DNA of 64,000 bases from Gekko japonicus (lineage: Eukaryota). Positions 45,501 through 58,500 of this stretch are shown here, one piece after another. Every line of letters starts with the position of its first letter. The stretch's first letter is position 1. Position numbers and translations under genes: made by a program. Under the pieces are notes generated by a model. It worked only from the letters and a program-made list of their open reading frames with translations, did not search any database and was not told the DNA's origin. The DNA is taken from contig NW_015169821.1 of assembly GCF_001447785.1 (NCBI RefSeq), positions 244,676 to 308,675 on the forward strand, written 5' to 3'.

Positions 45501-48500
45501 TGCAGGAGTTTGAATTTCATTTGAACCTGCACAAGCCAGTCAATCAGGATGGCCCTCATGTTCCCAGTAATTTCTTGGCCTGCCAGGTAGTTTGGTCTCA
45601 CCGACTGTTGTTCCTAGCAAAAAAACAAGCACCAGAAAATATGTATTAAAAACTAGCAGCTAGAGGACAAAGCATTGCTGCCAGCCAATTCCATTTTGAT
45701 TCCTGCTCCCCTGCCTTGTCCAAATGCTGGAAACAAATTCGTGCACCGTGTGTCAGGTTGCCAAGAACACTTAAGGTGACTGAGCTTTGCTGGGTCCGTC
45801 TCAGCTACGTGAACCAACCTCAAGAACTTTCATGTAATTGTAAATGTCCTTCACGTATTCACTGCAGAGATTCGGGTCAGCAGCATCATCTGTGTCTACA
45901 TCTCTCACTTCAAGCAGAACATCTGAGAAGGCCTGGCACAGCATCTCCTCTGCTGGTGCACAACCAGAAGTCTCCATTGGGCTTGGAGATGGAGAGTCCA
46001 CCTGAAAAGAGACAAGTCACTCTTTTTAAGTTAAGTGAAAAGTACTTTCAACTGGAAATGGTCAGCTGATGTACAGTTTCTGAGCCAGGGGTTCTCACTG
46101 CCTGGTGCTTCGGGCTGGAATACGGAGTTCTAAGGACGAGACTGGACACCTCACCCAGATTCACAGGTCCCCACCTCCCATTAATGGGACATCTCGTTTG
46201 GTTGGTTACATTCATTGCTCTAGCAGAATCATTAAAAAACCTGCAGATACTTATTGTAGTTCACTTTTGTTGGCAGCTGAATTACTTCCACCAGTGTTTT
46301 TCCCCTGTGAAATATCAGTTGCCTGCAACGTGCATCTTTTATACTGCTGATCTATGCCCATAATAAGCAACTTACTGACTGTTGCCTGGAACCATGCATT
46401 TGTGTAGCTTTTTTGTGTTTGACTTACCACACATCTGAGATGGAGTCAGATTCTGTGATACAGATTTCTATATAAAAACAGGTACATACTGAAGTAACCA
46501 GCTGAAGAAGCCATTTTTATAACTGGCTGTTTTCCCCCAGAAGACCTTTTGGCAACGGACAAGCCTCAGCACTCTAGCCAAAGAGTATATAGCCCATAAA
46601 CTGCTAGTTACAATGTGAAATTTTTTGCTGTTGTGCCCATCCATATTCCCCACTCCCGTCCATATACCCAGCTTCACCATTCAATGAATATACTTTAAAG
46701 CAGGGAACCCCAAACTGAATCCGGCAAAGACTGAGGTCCTGTATGTGGGCCGGGGCAGTGCATGGGTGGGAACCCCACTCCTGACCTTCGGTGGGGCGCT
46801 ATTGGTGCCAGAGGTTAGGAGCTTGGGAGTGCTCCTGGATTCTTCCTTAACAATGGAAGCCCAGGTAGCAGCCACTGCTAAGTCAGCCTTTTACCATCTT
46901 CGGCTGATTAGGCACTTGATTCCCTTCCTCGACTGCAACGACCTGGCCACAGTGATCCATGTGACGGTCACCTCGAGACTGGACTACTGTAACACTTTCT
47001 ACATAGGGCTGCCCTTGTTGCAAATTCAGAAGCTTCAGCTGCTGATGGGCCTTCCTAGATGGGAGCACATCCAGCCTGTGCTGAAGGTCCTGCACTGGCT
47101 GCCAATAGCATACCAAATCCGCTTCAAGGTGCTGGTGCTTACCTTTAAAGCACTGTATGGCCAGGGTCCGACATACCTGAGGGACCGCCTTTCCCCACAT
47201 ATACCCCAGAGAGCACTGCGGTCGGGGTCACAGAATCGGTTGACCCTCCCGGGCCCTAAGGATGCCAGGCTTGCTGCGACAAGGACCAGGGCCTTTTCAG
47301 TGGCAGCTCCTTACTGGCGGAATGAGCTCCCAGAAGAGATCAGGGCCCTGCGGGATCTTTTACAGTTCCGCAGGGCCGCAAGACGGAGCTCTTCCACCAG
47401 GCCTTGAACTAGGAGCCGCCCCCACTACTACCATCAACGAGCCCGGCCCTTAGCTCTAATATCTGGCTCATTCCATCGAGTGACTCAGGACGACACTGAG
47501 CTGTTGGAGACATCTGTAGCATGCCCCTGCTGGGATAACTAATAGCACCTTATGATTTTGTGGTTTTGTTTGTTTAGTACAGTTTTATATGTTTTATAGG
47601 CAACTGGTGCCACTACTGTAAGCGGCCCTGAGCCTGCTCGCGGGGAGGGCGGGGTACAAATGTAATTGATAAAATAAATGGTGCCCATGGGCACTACACT
47701 GGTTTTAGAAAATGGGTGGGGCTTTTGCCCTCCAGGACCTCTGATTGGCTGTGCAAATTAAAAGCCATCCTGTCAAACAGAGCTCCTGCCCAAGCTCCTG
47801 AAGAGCTACTTTCCCAAAGGTGCCCACAGGCTCAAAAAAGATCGGGGACCCTGCTTTAAAGCCATTAATGGGTCAGGAAGAGCGAGGCTGCATATCTGGG
47901 CGTCGACTGCAAGAGCTGTAAGCACACTGAGTAAAGGCCAAGTCAGCAGCTAGGAAAGTAGAGATTGGCAGCAAAATTCAACCTTTCCACCTCAGAGCTA
48001 GTATAGGCTACTAACTTCACAGTCGTGGCATAGTATTAGTTCACTTGGATCGTGGCATAGTATTAGTTCACTTGGATCCAGGGATGTGACTGCTTGGAGT
48101 TGGACTTCAGGCACCAATAATGCCTCCATTCCACCGCTATAGTTTTTCTAGCAAGCCTGGGTGCAGAGATACCTGCAATTGGGACATCTAACTAGGTTAC
48201 TCAAGCTTTTAAGTGTAAGCAGTCAGTAGGGTTGCCAGCTCCAGATTGGGAAATACCTGGAGATTTGGGCGTGGATCCTTGAGAGGGCAGGGTTTGGAGA
48301 GGTGAAGGACCTCAGCAGGGCATGTCTACATAATCCACCCTCCAAAGCAGCCATTTTCTCCAGGGGAACTGATCTGTTATCTGGAGATCAGTTGTAATCC
48401 CAGGAGATCTCCAGGTGCTACCTGGAGGCTGGCAACCCTAGCAGTTAGCTGCTGTTTTCTGAATGGTTTCTCCTTAACCACCAAGAGATATAGACTGATC

Positions 48501-49623
48501 AGAGCTCTTTTTAAAAAACAAAAACCCAAGAGATATAGACTGATCAGAGCTCTTTAAAAAAAACACCCAACCTTAGCTTAAGACATTTGCCAGGAAATTA
48601 GTTTTAACTGCCTCCATTTAGACATCTGAAGGATGGGCCTTATGTATGAATGTAACTCACCAAGGATACAAATTTACTATACAGCCTCCCCAGGTCAACA
48701 AAATGACACAAGCACAAGTTCTAAAACAGCAATGTGGGGGAAACACCAACCTCACATGGCATGCCAGGACCCCCACCCTGCTTCTTAAACTAATTATACA
48801 ATACCTTAGAAGGTTCAGGAATTGGCTTTTCTTCCTTTGGAGGCCCAGGGGCCTTTTCAACAGCTTGGGCAGCTTTTCTGGTGGTGACTTTAATCACGGC
48901 TGCAGGTTTCAGTACCTCCTAGGAAGAAAGAGCGGGGAATCATTGCAATACTGACGCAGGCCCAAAAAACTGCAAGAGAAGGGGGAAGAGGAGCCTTACC
49001 TTTTTCAGAAGCTCTTTGGGCTTTGCTTCACAGGCCTTGTTGCCAATATCGCCCAAGGCAGTCCTAGGCCTCAAGCTAGGCTTTGCAGCAACACCCCGCT
49101 TGCTTGCTGCCATTACAGGTTTTGTTTTGTTCTCAGCATTGACCTTCGTGTTCTACAAGGAAGGGAGAGCTTCTTCAGTACAGTCACATGCTTGTGAAGT
49201 GGCAGAAGGGGAAAAAATGAGACTTTTTAACACCCAGGTGCCTTCCCCATAAGAACATCTCAGATGCAGACGAAGTACCGATACCGGATAAGGCAGGGGA
49301 CCGCTGAAGAGGTTAAAAGCTTTACAAACCAGAGCTGCCCCACCCCTTATTTTCTCCTTACTTACTCGTGGGGGAGGGGGAAGTGTTTGGAAAACAAATT
49401 ATAAAACTATCGAAGGTACAAACGAGAGGGGGGGAACATCTTTAATGTGATTGCTTACCGCAGTTACGAAGCTGCAAGATGTCTGCCTATTAACAAGCCC
49501 CCACCCCTCCGAAATAAAGCCAGGCTTAACAGCCTTTCACCCGTAGTAAAAGACTCCCGCACAGAAAACTCAGGCGCCCTCGCCCGTTCCACACCGCCAT
49601 ACCCTAGTGACCCGCAAAGCCAT
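42558..49623 (-). CDS. CCNB1: G2/mitotic-specific cyclin B1 (407 aa, 9 coding exons)
   Basis: Exons 49603-49623 (MALRVTR), 49000-49152 (D-box RTALGDIGN), 48805-48918, 45819-46001 ([26 protein letters not shown]), 45455-45613 (MRAILIDWL), 44986-45222 ([11 protein letters not shown]), 44078-44218, 43582-43692, 42558-42662. Total 1224 nt in frame. Confidence 0.98.
46701..47853. mobile_element. hAT MITE interrupted by an L2 LINE
   Basis: CAGGGAACCCC...GGGGACCCTG ends; perfect 8-bp TSD CTTTAAAG (46693-46700, 47854-47861). Confidence 0.7.
46712..47678 (+). mobile_element. L2-clade LINE 3' portion; ORF 46745-47407 is its RT C-terminus
   Basis: [38 protein letters not shown]; very similar to 23844-24903. 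Confidence 0.88.
48227..48440. mobile_element. hAT-Blackjack-like MITE, full length
   Basis: TAGGGTTGCCAG...CTGGCAACCCTA; TSD GCAGTCAG / GCAGTTAG. Confidence 0.8.
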
Positions 49624-49699
49624 AGCCCAGCCTCGATCCTTGCAGCGTCCGCTCCACACAACCGGCTACTTCTGGTGTCCCAAGAGCCAGAAGATTGCT

Positions 49700-49990
49700 G
49701 CTGCGCACGAGTTCAATGCCCACTAGCCTGCCGTAGCAAATTTAAAATACGCACTCGATCGAGCCCATTGGCTGCTTCCTCAGCTTACGTCGCTTCCCAT
49801 TGGCCGCTCGGCATTCTACTGCAAATGCGTTACTACGGCTACGAAGGGCTGATTGCTCCAAGCGTTCGAAAAAGGAGGCGGTGCCGCGAAAGAGGGTTGA
49901 CGACTCCGGGTCACGTGACTCCTTGTTGTCTTTCGGTGGTCCAGCTGGCCCTAGGTGGGAAAGCCAAATAACTGGGCGGGTGTAGTAGAC
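49700..49990 (-). promoter_or_regulatory. CCNB1 G2/M promoter (CHR, two CCAAT boxes, E-box)
   Basis: CHR-type TTTAAA at 49741-49746; ATTGG at 49767-49771 and 49799-49803 (32 bp apart); GTCACGTGAC E-box near 49910-49919. This matches the known NF-Y/USF/CHR architecture of cyclin B1 promoters. Confidence 0.8.
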
Positions 49991-50273
49991 GCTCTGTGAA
50001 GGGTCTGAAGCTCGCGTGTGACGTTTGTGTTCAGTGACTGCTAGAAGCAGACCCTCTGACTGTTCCGCTTTTCTGGTACTCGCTCCTGATTAATCCCTGT
50101 CCTTTCCCCCCCCTGAATGCTATCAGAACGTTTAGGGTGAATTAGCATTGGTATCACTTTTTCCAGGGCTCGACTGTTTTGCCCCCAAAGTCTGGAAGTT
50201 TAAGCCTTAGTGGAGAGCGAAGGCATCTCGCCTGTAATGCGCCTGCACTTGAATGCACAGCAGAAACATTCCC

Positions 50274-50709
50274 AGGCCCCGGTCACACGGGAGGCTTTGA
50301 TCCGCAACAGGGACGGGGGCGCATCAAGCTGGCGTGATCACACCGCAACAGCATTCCCGTCCCTGATCCATCTCTTCCAGCTCAAGATGTGGATCACCCC
50401 CCCCTTAGAAAACACTAGTACTTACCGGAAAATCTGCTGTAGGGACGGCTGTCTGATCGCTGGCGCACCCGTCTCTCCCGCAACATGCGAGGTCCTGCTG
50501 CACTTGTGCATGCACACGCATGCACAGCGGGCTTGCCTCGCTCTCCGGTCTGTGGGTCTGTGGTTTCCTCTCGGCATCTGATCATGCCGGGGAGGACCTG
50601 CACGGCGGCTGGGTGGATCTGTCTGATCCCGCCGCCGCGCTTCTCTTTTGATGCAGCTCAAAAAAGCCGCACTTTAGCCGTGCCTTTTCCCCCAGTGTGA
50701 CCGGACCCC
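50274..50709. mobile_element. MITE with GGCCCCGGTCACAC TIRs (Harbinger-like); a related end lies near 12880-12892
   Basis: TIR-like ends GGCCCCGGTCACACGGG / CCCAGTGTGACCGGACCCC. Confidence 0.55.
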
Positions 50710-50933
50710 CGTGTTGTTCTAAAGTGAGTTAAACCCTTCCAATCCCACTGATTTTGAAGGGTAAAATTCTCAGTTTAGGATTGTGGCGCATCTCTTACCA
50801 ATTGGCACCATTCAGCTGCTGAAGAAAAATTTGAACTGTCCAGCCTACGAAAATGATATTGTGTGTGTTTCGTGAATAGGAGTCTTATGATGCAGAGACT
50901 GTGGGTGATCCCCTTCCCCTACATATCTATTGC

Positions 50934-51320
50934 GGGGGGGAACATCTTTAATGTGATTGCTTACCGCAGTTACGAAGCTGCAAGATGTCTGCCTATTAAC
51001 AAGCCCCCACCCCTCCGAAATAAAGCCAGGCTTAACAGCCTTTCACCCGTAGTAAAAGACTCCCGCACAGAAAACTCAGGCGCCCTCGCCCGTTCCACAC
51101 CGCCATACCCTAGTGACCCGCAAAGCCATAGCCCAGCCTCGATCCTTGCAGCGTCCGCTCCACACAACCGGCTACTTCTGGTGTAAGCCCAAGAGCCAGC
51201 AGATTACTGCTGCGCACGAGTTCAATGCCCACTAGCCTGCCGTAGCAAATTTAAAATACGCACTCGATCGAGCCCATTGGCTGCTTCCTCAGCTTACGTC
51301 GCTTCCCATTGGCCGCTCGG
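50934..51320 (-). repeat. Second copy of the CCNB1 proximal promoter, exon 1 (ATG at 51129) and start of intron 1
   Basis: Matches 49428-49811 except for a 3-bp insertion and about 2 substitutions in the 5' UTR. Confidence 0.9.
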
Positions 51321-52344
51321 TGGAAATGGGAAAACTGTTCGCTACAGATGAGGAAGCAGGTTTAAAAACGTTAGAGTTTGCTTCCTATAATGACAGACAA
51401 GGAGAGGAAAAGTGTTGTTGTATCCTGATTTGCTTCAAAGGGCAGACCAATGCTTGTGGGCTGTTCTCTTGGTCAAGAAACCCTGGTTTTAAGCCTTGCT
51501 AACAAAAAGCCCCTGGGGCATTTGCAAGTGCCTGTGAGCATCATTAGATAGCTACAAGTTAAGATGGCTTTAAAAGGGAACAGGACACCATCCTTGTGGA
51601 GGGCTGGGCTATCAAAATTCAGAGGCACCCTGCTTCTGAGCGCCGGTTGCCTGGGGGTGGATAAGGGGAGAGAGTCCTGTGGTCTTCATGCCCTACTTGG
51701 GAGTTTCCAAGAGGCATCTGGTTTGTCAGTGTGACAGACAGCTCACTGGACTAGATGGGCCTTTTCGTCTGATCCAGCTAGGGTTATCAGCTTGGACGGG
51801 GCAATACCTGGAGATTTTGGGGGTGGTGCCTGAGGAGGGCAGGGTTTGGGGAGGGAAGGGACTTCAGTCATCAAGCTGGCGTGATCACACCGCAACAGCA
51901 TTCCCGTCCCTGATCCATCTCTTCCAGCTCAAGATGTGGATCACCCCCCCCTTCAGTTGTAATCCCAGGAGATCTCCAGCCACAACTTGGAAATATGCCT
52001 AGAAAGCACAGCTTGATATAAAATACCAAAACACTTCTGAAACAAAATACAAATTTTGATTATCTTTTAAAATGCACTATATTCTAACCGATTTCGCTTC
52101 CACATCTTACCCATGGGAAACCTGTAGTACTGTACAGATGAAGGCACTGGAACTCTGCAGCAAAAACCAATTTAGAAAAATTTCCCATTCATTTGCTAGC
52201 ATACAATCAGTTTACTGCTATGCGTAGTAAGTACCATCACATAACACTAAAATCCATAATGGATGTGTTCTTATCCACCATGGAGGTTAAAAGAATAGAA
52301 ACAAACAGGTTTGATGTTGGGAGCAAGACCAGCATTTTAAGTCT

Positions 52345-52628
52345 TGATAAGAAGAAGAAGAAGAGAAGAAGAGATTGGATTTATACCCCGCCCTTCACTA
52401 CCCAAAGGTGTCTCAGAGCAGTTTACAAACTCCTTTCCCTTCCCCTCCCCACAACAGACACCCTGTGAGGTAGGTGGGGCTGAGAGAGCTGTGACAGAAA
52501 CTGCTCTTTTTCAAGAACAGCTCTTATCAGAACAGGTCATCCAGCCAGGTGCAAGTGGAGGAGTGGGGAATCAAACCCGGTTTTCCCAGATTAGAGTCCG
52601 CACACTTAACCAGTACACCAAACTGGCT
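52345..52628 (-). mobile_element. Squam3-like SINE
   Basis: Reverse-complement copy with a (GAA)n tail at the left end. Confidence 0.78.
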
Positions 52629-53256
52629 CTTGTCAGTTCATGCTCATGTCTGAGTGCTTTTTAATGCTTCAGAACAACAAATGAGGAACAAAAAGAAGCC
52701 TTAAATTTTTTTATTGTGGCATAATTGTCCACGGACACGTAGTTTGCACAGAGAATAAAAATCAGGAAAACATTGGGCTTTGAGGGCAATAGAACGCAAA
52801 AGGCACCATCTGTAAGATTCCTGTGTACGGTTCAGTTGCATTATAAAGCAGGCCTGCTTGATCGACAGACTGGGAAACTACACATGCAGATTTCTCTGAA
52901 GGGAAATAAGGTTTGCAAAATCCTCTTGACATGTTAATTTTGCACTGGAATTTGCCATTCAGGATTTTGCCACCCATCTCCTTTTATATGTAGCAGCAAA
53001 CCATTAAAAACTATTGGATTTTTAAAAAAAATTCTAACCTTTTACTTCTAGAGCAGTATTGATTCTGCAGCATGTTAGTTGGCAAAACATTAAAATTCAG
53101 GGGGTGAGTGAGGGCCAGTACACAGGTCACTTTTCACTTTTTTCATGGTCACTTTTCAGTCCTGCATAATCCAACCTGCGCACAGAATTGCACAAACAAA
53201 CCTCTGTGAAAATGAGGCTGTATGCCTACACAGTCTGCAGTGGTTGTTAGCAGCCC

Positions 53257-54502
53257 TGGAGAAAAATGCCCTGTCCTTTTAATAGGAGGGTTAATGTGAG
53301 GAAATGGGCCGTTTGAAACTTTCCATGACATGGAGGTAATACCATCAAGCCTGTATTAAAGGGACAGGACATTTTTCTCCAAGGCTGCTGGTAACACTAC
53401 ATTTCTGGCTGTTGGGAAATTGCTGCTGTCATTGTAGAAATAGCTCTTGGCTTTTCTAAATAGATTTTTAAAAAACAAAACAGATTTACACACAGAAGAG
53501 ATCACATGGAGAAAATCGTCTGGCCTTGGATAAGAGGCAGTGCCATGCAGCAATTAGAACATCAGACTAGGAGCCAGGCTATGACCTCGGACCAGTCCTC
53601 TTGCAGTCTAGCCTATCTCACAGGGATGTTGTGAGGACAAATGTGTATTCTGGAAAAACCATGTACACTGCCTTCAGTTCCAGGGAGAAATGGTGGGATG
53701 AAAATATAATAAATAGAACAATCAAGACTGATAATAATGCAGAGCAATCAAGGACAAGTGCCGTGAAACAAGGAAAGTGGTGAATCCGAGGGCAAGCTCC
53801 ATTGTTTTGTAACATAAAGACAGATAGGAGCAGAACAAAGAACTTAAAAGGTTATCTGTTGCTACACAGCAAATTCTCACATTATCAATTATTCTTTGGC
53901 AGAAGAGGAGGGAAACTATTTTGAGCCTCTTTTACTCTTTTGGTCTCATAATTTATCAATGTGTTTATAATGGAATCACTTTACTTTTGGTGAATACAAT
54001 CCATGTAGATTGATGTCAAACAGAAACTTCAGTGTTTTACATTTGTTTTGGCATGTTTGCTTTCATTGTGACTTCCAGCTGGTTTACTCATGTGTAGGGT
54101 TGCTGACTCAGGGATGGTGGAGAAAAATGCCCTGTCCTTTTAATAGGAGGGTTAATGTGAGGAAATGGGCCGTTTGAAACTTTCCATGACATGGAGGTAA
54201 TACTATCAAGCCTGTATTAAAGGGACAGGACATTTTTCTTCAAGGCTGCTGGTAACACTACATTTCTGGCTGTTGGGAAATTGCTGCTGTCATTGTAGAA
54301 ATAGCTCTTGGCTTCTCTAAATAGATTTTTAAAAAACAAAACAGATTTACACACAGAAGAGATCACATGGAGAAAATCGTCTGGCCTTGGATAAGAGGCA
54401 GTGCCATGCAGCAATTAGAACATCAGACTAGGAGCCAGGCTCAGATCCCGCCTCAGCCATGACCTCGGACCAGTCCTCTTGCAGTCTAGCCTATCTCACA
54501 GG
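53257..54502. repeat. Direct duplication of ~370 bp
   Basis: 53257-53624 vs 54118-54502; a few substitutions and one 17-bp indel. Confidence 0.9.
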
Positions 54503-54908
54503 CCTTTTCCCATGTGCCATTTCCCCAGTGGTAAAGTGGTACAGGAGGAAAAGGATTAAGAGTCTCCCCTTCCTTCAATGATCCACACACAAGGCTCCTT
54601 ATCCTGAGTCAGCCCCTTGGTCTATCAAGGCCATTATTGTCTCTTCTGTCCAGGGCTTGCCAGAGTCTCAGGGAGAGTCTTCTTCTACTTCACTTCCTAC
54701 TTGATCCCTCCCAGCTGTTTTTTTCAATGTCAAACATGTCAGGAGACTCAGTCAGACATCTCCTACTTTATATATAGTTGAGTCCAGGGGTCATTTCGTA
54801 GAAAAAGAGCTAGGGGAACTCATTAGCATAACTCATTAGCATATGCCACACCCCCTGACATCACCGGAAGTGTGTCATAAGGCCACACACCCCGCCCCCA
54901 ACGGTCCC

Positions 54909-55574
54909 NNNNNNNNNNNNNNNNNNNNNNNNNNNNNNNNNNNNNNNNNNNNNNNNNNNNNNNNNNNNNNNNNNNNNNNNNNNNNNNNNNNNNNNNNNNN
55001 NNNNNNNNNNNNNNNNNNNNNNNNNNNNNNNNNNNNNNNNNNNNNNNNNNNNNNNNNNNNNNNNNNNNNNNNNNNNNNNNNNNNNNNNNNNNNNNNNNNN
55101 NNNNNNNNNNNNNNNNNNNNNNNNNNNNNNNNNNNNNNNNNNNNNNNNNNNNNNNNNNNNNNNNNNNNNNNNNNNNNNNNNNNNNNNNNNNNNNNNNNNN
55201 NNNNNNNNNNNNNNNNNNNNNNNNNNNNNNNNNNNNNNNNNNNNNNNNNNNNNNNNNNNNNNNNNNNNNNNNNNNNNNNNNNNNNNNNNNNNNNNNNNNN
55301 NNNNNNNNNNNNNNNNNNNNNNNNNNNNNNNNNNNNNNNNNNNNNNNNNNNNNNNNNNNNNNNNNNNNNNNNNNNNNNNNNNNNNNNNNNNNNNNNNNNN
55401 NNNNNNNNNNNNNNNNNNNNNNNNNNNNNNNNNNNNNNNNNNNNNNNNNNNNNNNNNNNNNNNNNNNNNNNNNNNNNNNNNNNNNNNNNNNNNNNNNNNN
55501 NNNNNNNNNNNNNNNNNNNNNNNNNNNNNNNNNNNNNNNNNNNNNNNNNNNNNNNNNNNNNNNNNNNNNNNNNN
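54909..55574. other. Assembly gap
   Basis: N run. Confidence 1.
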
Positions 55575-58500
55575 CCCCCCCCCCCCAAATTCCCAGGAGT
55601 TTCTCAGCCTGGAGCTGACAACACTACCCTGCCTGTGGCCAGGGAAGACATGGCAACCCTACTTGATGGCTGACAATGCACCATCAAATTGGGCCTTTAA
55701 GGAAAAGTATGTAAAAAGGGAGAGCGTACTTCATGATCTGAAGATTTTAAAATTTCATTACTTCCCCTGGATAGACTCTGTGTAGAATTTATAATTTGCT
55801 CATTTTGCATTTTTCGGCTTGAATAGAGATTAATGTTTGTTGGTGCAAAGATTTCTGCCCACAGATTGCAGTTTTTCCCACCCTGCCCCTGCACAGTCCA
55901 AAATCCCCCCCCCATCTTGTTTCAGGTGTCCAACTTTAAGGGGCATTTGGGCTGCCATGGAAAAGGGAGGCAGGAAAATTTTTCTCCTTTAGAAACATTA
56001 GTCTGGATCCAACCCACTGCCACTTATGGATGTGTGACATCTATGACAGCAAGAGAATTTCTGAGCTTTCCTCTTTTGCCAAGTGGCAATATTTACTAGA
56101 TACGATTGTGGTGGAGGGTAATCCTGTTTCCCTGCCTTGACTTGCTGGCACCCACCTATGAACATTCTTCTGTTCTTGAGGCAAATCTTCTAATGTGATT
56201 TACTTTTATTAGGGCAGGATTATGAAGATTTATCTGCAGAGTTTTTATTTAGACTCTACTCATTAGTTTCCTTTCAACCAGCAGAACAGGTCCCCAATGT
56301 ATAGTATATGATAACAAACAAATAGCATCAGATTAAAAGAATATAGAGAGTTCTAAAATATCTAGGAGCAAAGCCCCTTTCCCAACAACAGAACCATAAA
56401 ATAAGTATCCCTTTAATCTAAAACCCTCTGGTCATCTAATGTGAAAAGGCCACTCTCAGCTCCTGAGGAAGGGTACTCCACAGATGGCGAGGGTATTAGT
56501 GGAGAAGGCACTCCCCCTCAGGTTGAACCTAGCCAAATCTCAGATAAGTTCTGTGCAGATCTCAGGTCCTGGCTTCGGCCTAAGGAGTTTATGGCTTTAA
56601 ATGTAAAAACTGGCATGCGTTACTGGGCCTGGAAGCAAACTGGAAGCTGGTAGAGATGACATGTCTTGGCTTAATATGCTCACCAGCAGTACACTCCAGT
56701 TCAGGATTCTTCTTGTCATTTTGAATTAACTGCAACTTCCAAGCCATCAAGAGCAGCTCCAACAAGAGTGTGTTACAACAGCCAAGTTAGTCTGGAATCT
56801 GTTACTAAGGCAAAATTCTGGCTCTCCCTCCACCGGGAAGACTGGTCTGTCCCCTTCTGTTGCCACCTTCCACAAGCGGGTGAAGACTTTGTTCCATTTG
56901 GTGTTCCCTCCTTCCTGCCCAATATTTAGTTTTTAATATATGAACTTTAGCTTTGGTTTTAATTGTTTAGTGATGTGCTTTTGTGGTTTTAATAGTTTTA
57001 AAGAGGTATTTAAAGAATTTAATTTAAAGAATTATATGTTGTCCTCCCTTACCCCTATCATTGTTAGTCCCTTGTGAAAACCTGTGTAACTGTAAATCGC
57101 TCAGAGCCAGCAGCTCTGCAGGATTGAGCGATCAATAAATCGAAAGGTATTATATTATGTTTTTAATTTTTTAGCTGCCTTGGTGGCCTTTATAAGTGCA
57201 GAAGGGCAGTGTGTAAACATTGCAAATAAATGAGCAACTACAGTAAATTTGGCTTTCTCTAAGGACAGGTGAAGCTAGTAAGCAAGCATGGTGGTAAAAG
57301 GCATTCTAGGCAGGCCTACCTTCTACAGGTGGACCAAAGAATACCACAGGCTATGGTATCAAAGACTGCTGAGCTGTCCAAGGAGAGTAGGAATACATTT
57401 TCCCCATCAGTCAACCAGCACAGATCACTGAAGAAAGCAACCAAAGTAGTTTCTCTACCATAACCTGGCCTGAATCCTGCTTGAAAAAGAATCTAGATAA
57501 TCAGCTTTATCCAGAAATACCTACCATTGTTAAGCTACCTCCTCCTTCAAAGGCTTGCTCAAAAATAGGAAGGAAATTTTTCCATATATCAAAAGTCCCA
57601 CCACTATCTGTTGCATAAAACTGAGGATATGTCCACAGAACCTACCTCTAGATCAAAATTCTCCAGAAAATACTGCATGCATGCATGCATAGAATACTTT
57701 GGAGAACACAGTGGTAGAGAGAGGCAGCATTCATAGACATAATAAAAGTTCTTGATCATGTGCACACGATCTTCCCTCATCCTCCTTACTTTGAACAAGT
57801 CTGGCAATATGAGTAAAATATAGACAGATGACTTCTTCTCAAAAGAAGGAAGATGTTCTTCTCAGGATGAAGGAAATAGGCTTTCCCCTTCTTTATCTCC
57901 TCTCCTACCCCAGTATATTTTGCCAACCAAAAGGTGTGGTACTCTTGTATAAGGGTATAACCCAGCAGGTCTAGCAATGTGCCCAGTATTAATCTCCACT
58001 ACAATATCTGTCAAATACAATGCTTTATAGTTTCTCATGGTCTTAAAGAAACAAGTATGTTATGAAAAGTAAAACTTTTTTTAATCAGTTGGAAAGAAAA
58101 TTGTAGCAGCCTACTTGTGAACACATGGAACAATCCCAAGCAAGTCTACTCAAAAGTAAGTCCCATGTTACTCAGGTCTTAACAGCACGTCTTTACAACT
58201 GTAGCCTAAATCATCTATCACTGTGGGAGAACAGGTTACAGTCACCCGTTTTTCTTAGGTTATAGTTAAAGCAATATGTCAACTTTCAGTTATTTATAAA
58301 AAATATGTTTATTTTACATAGTGGTTCAGATTAGTTTTTCAAGCTTCCCACTAAACAGGAACATTGAGTGCAATAATAAAAAAGGTTTTATTTCTCCCTA
58401 ACTCGTTGCCAACATGACTATTCTTTTCACTTTAAAAAAATTGGCGCACTAAATTTTAAAATGGTAGAATCAATTTCCCCTAATTTAACAAAAATATGCA

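Noticed and set aside
46745-47407. 220-aa ORF as a host gene
   Set aside because: It is the C-terminal part of an L2 LINE reverse transcriptase ORF.
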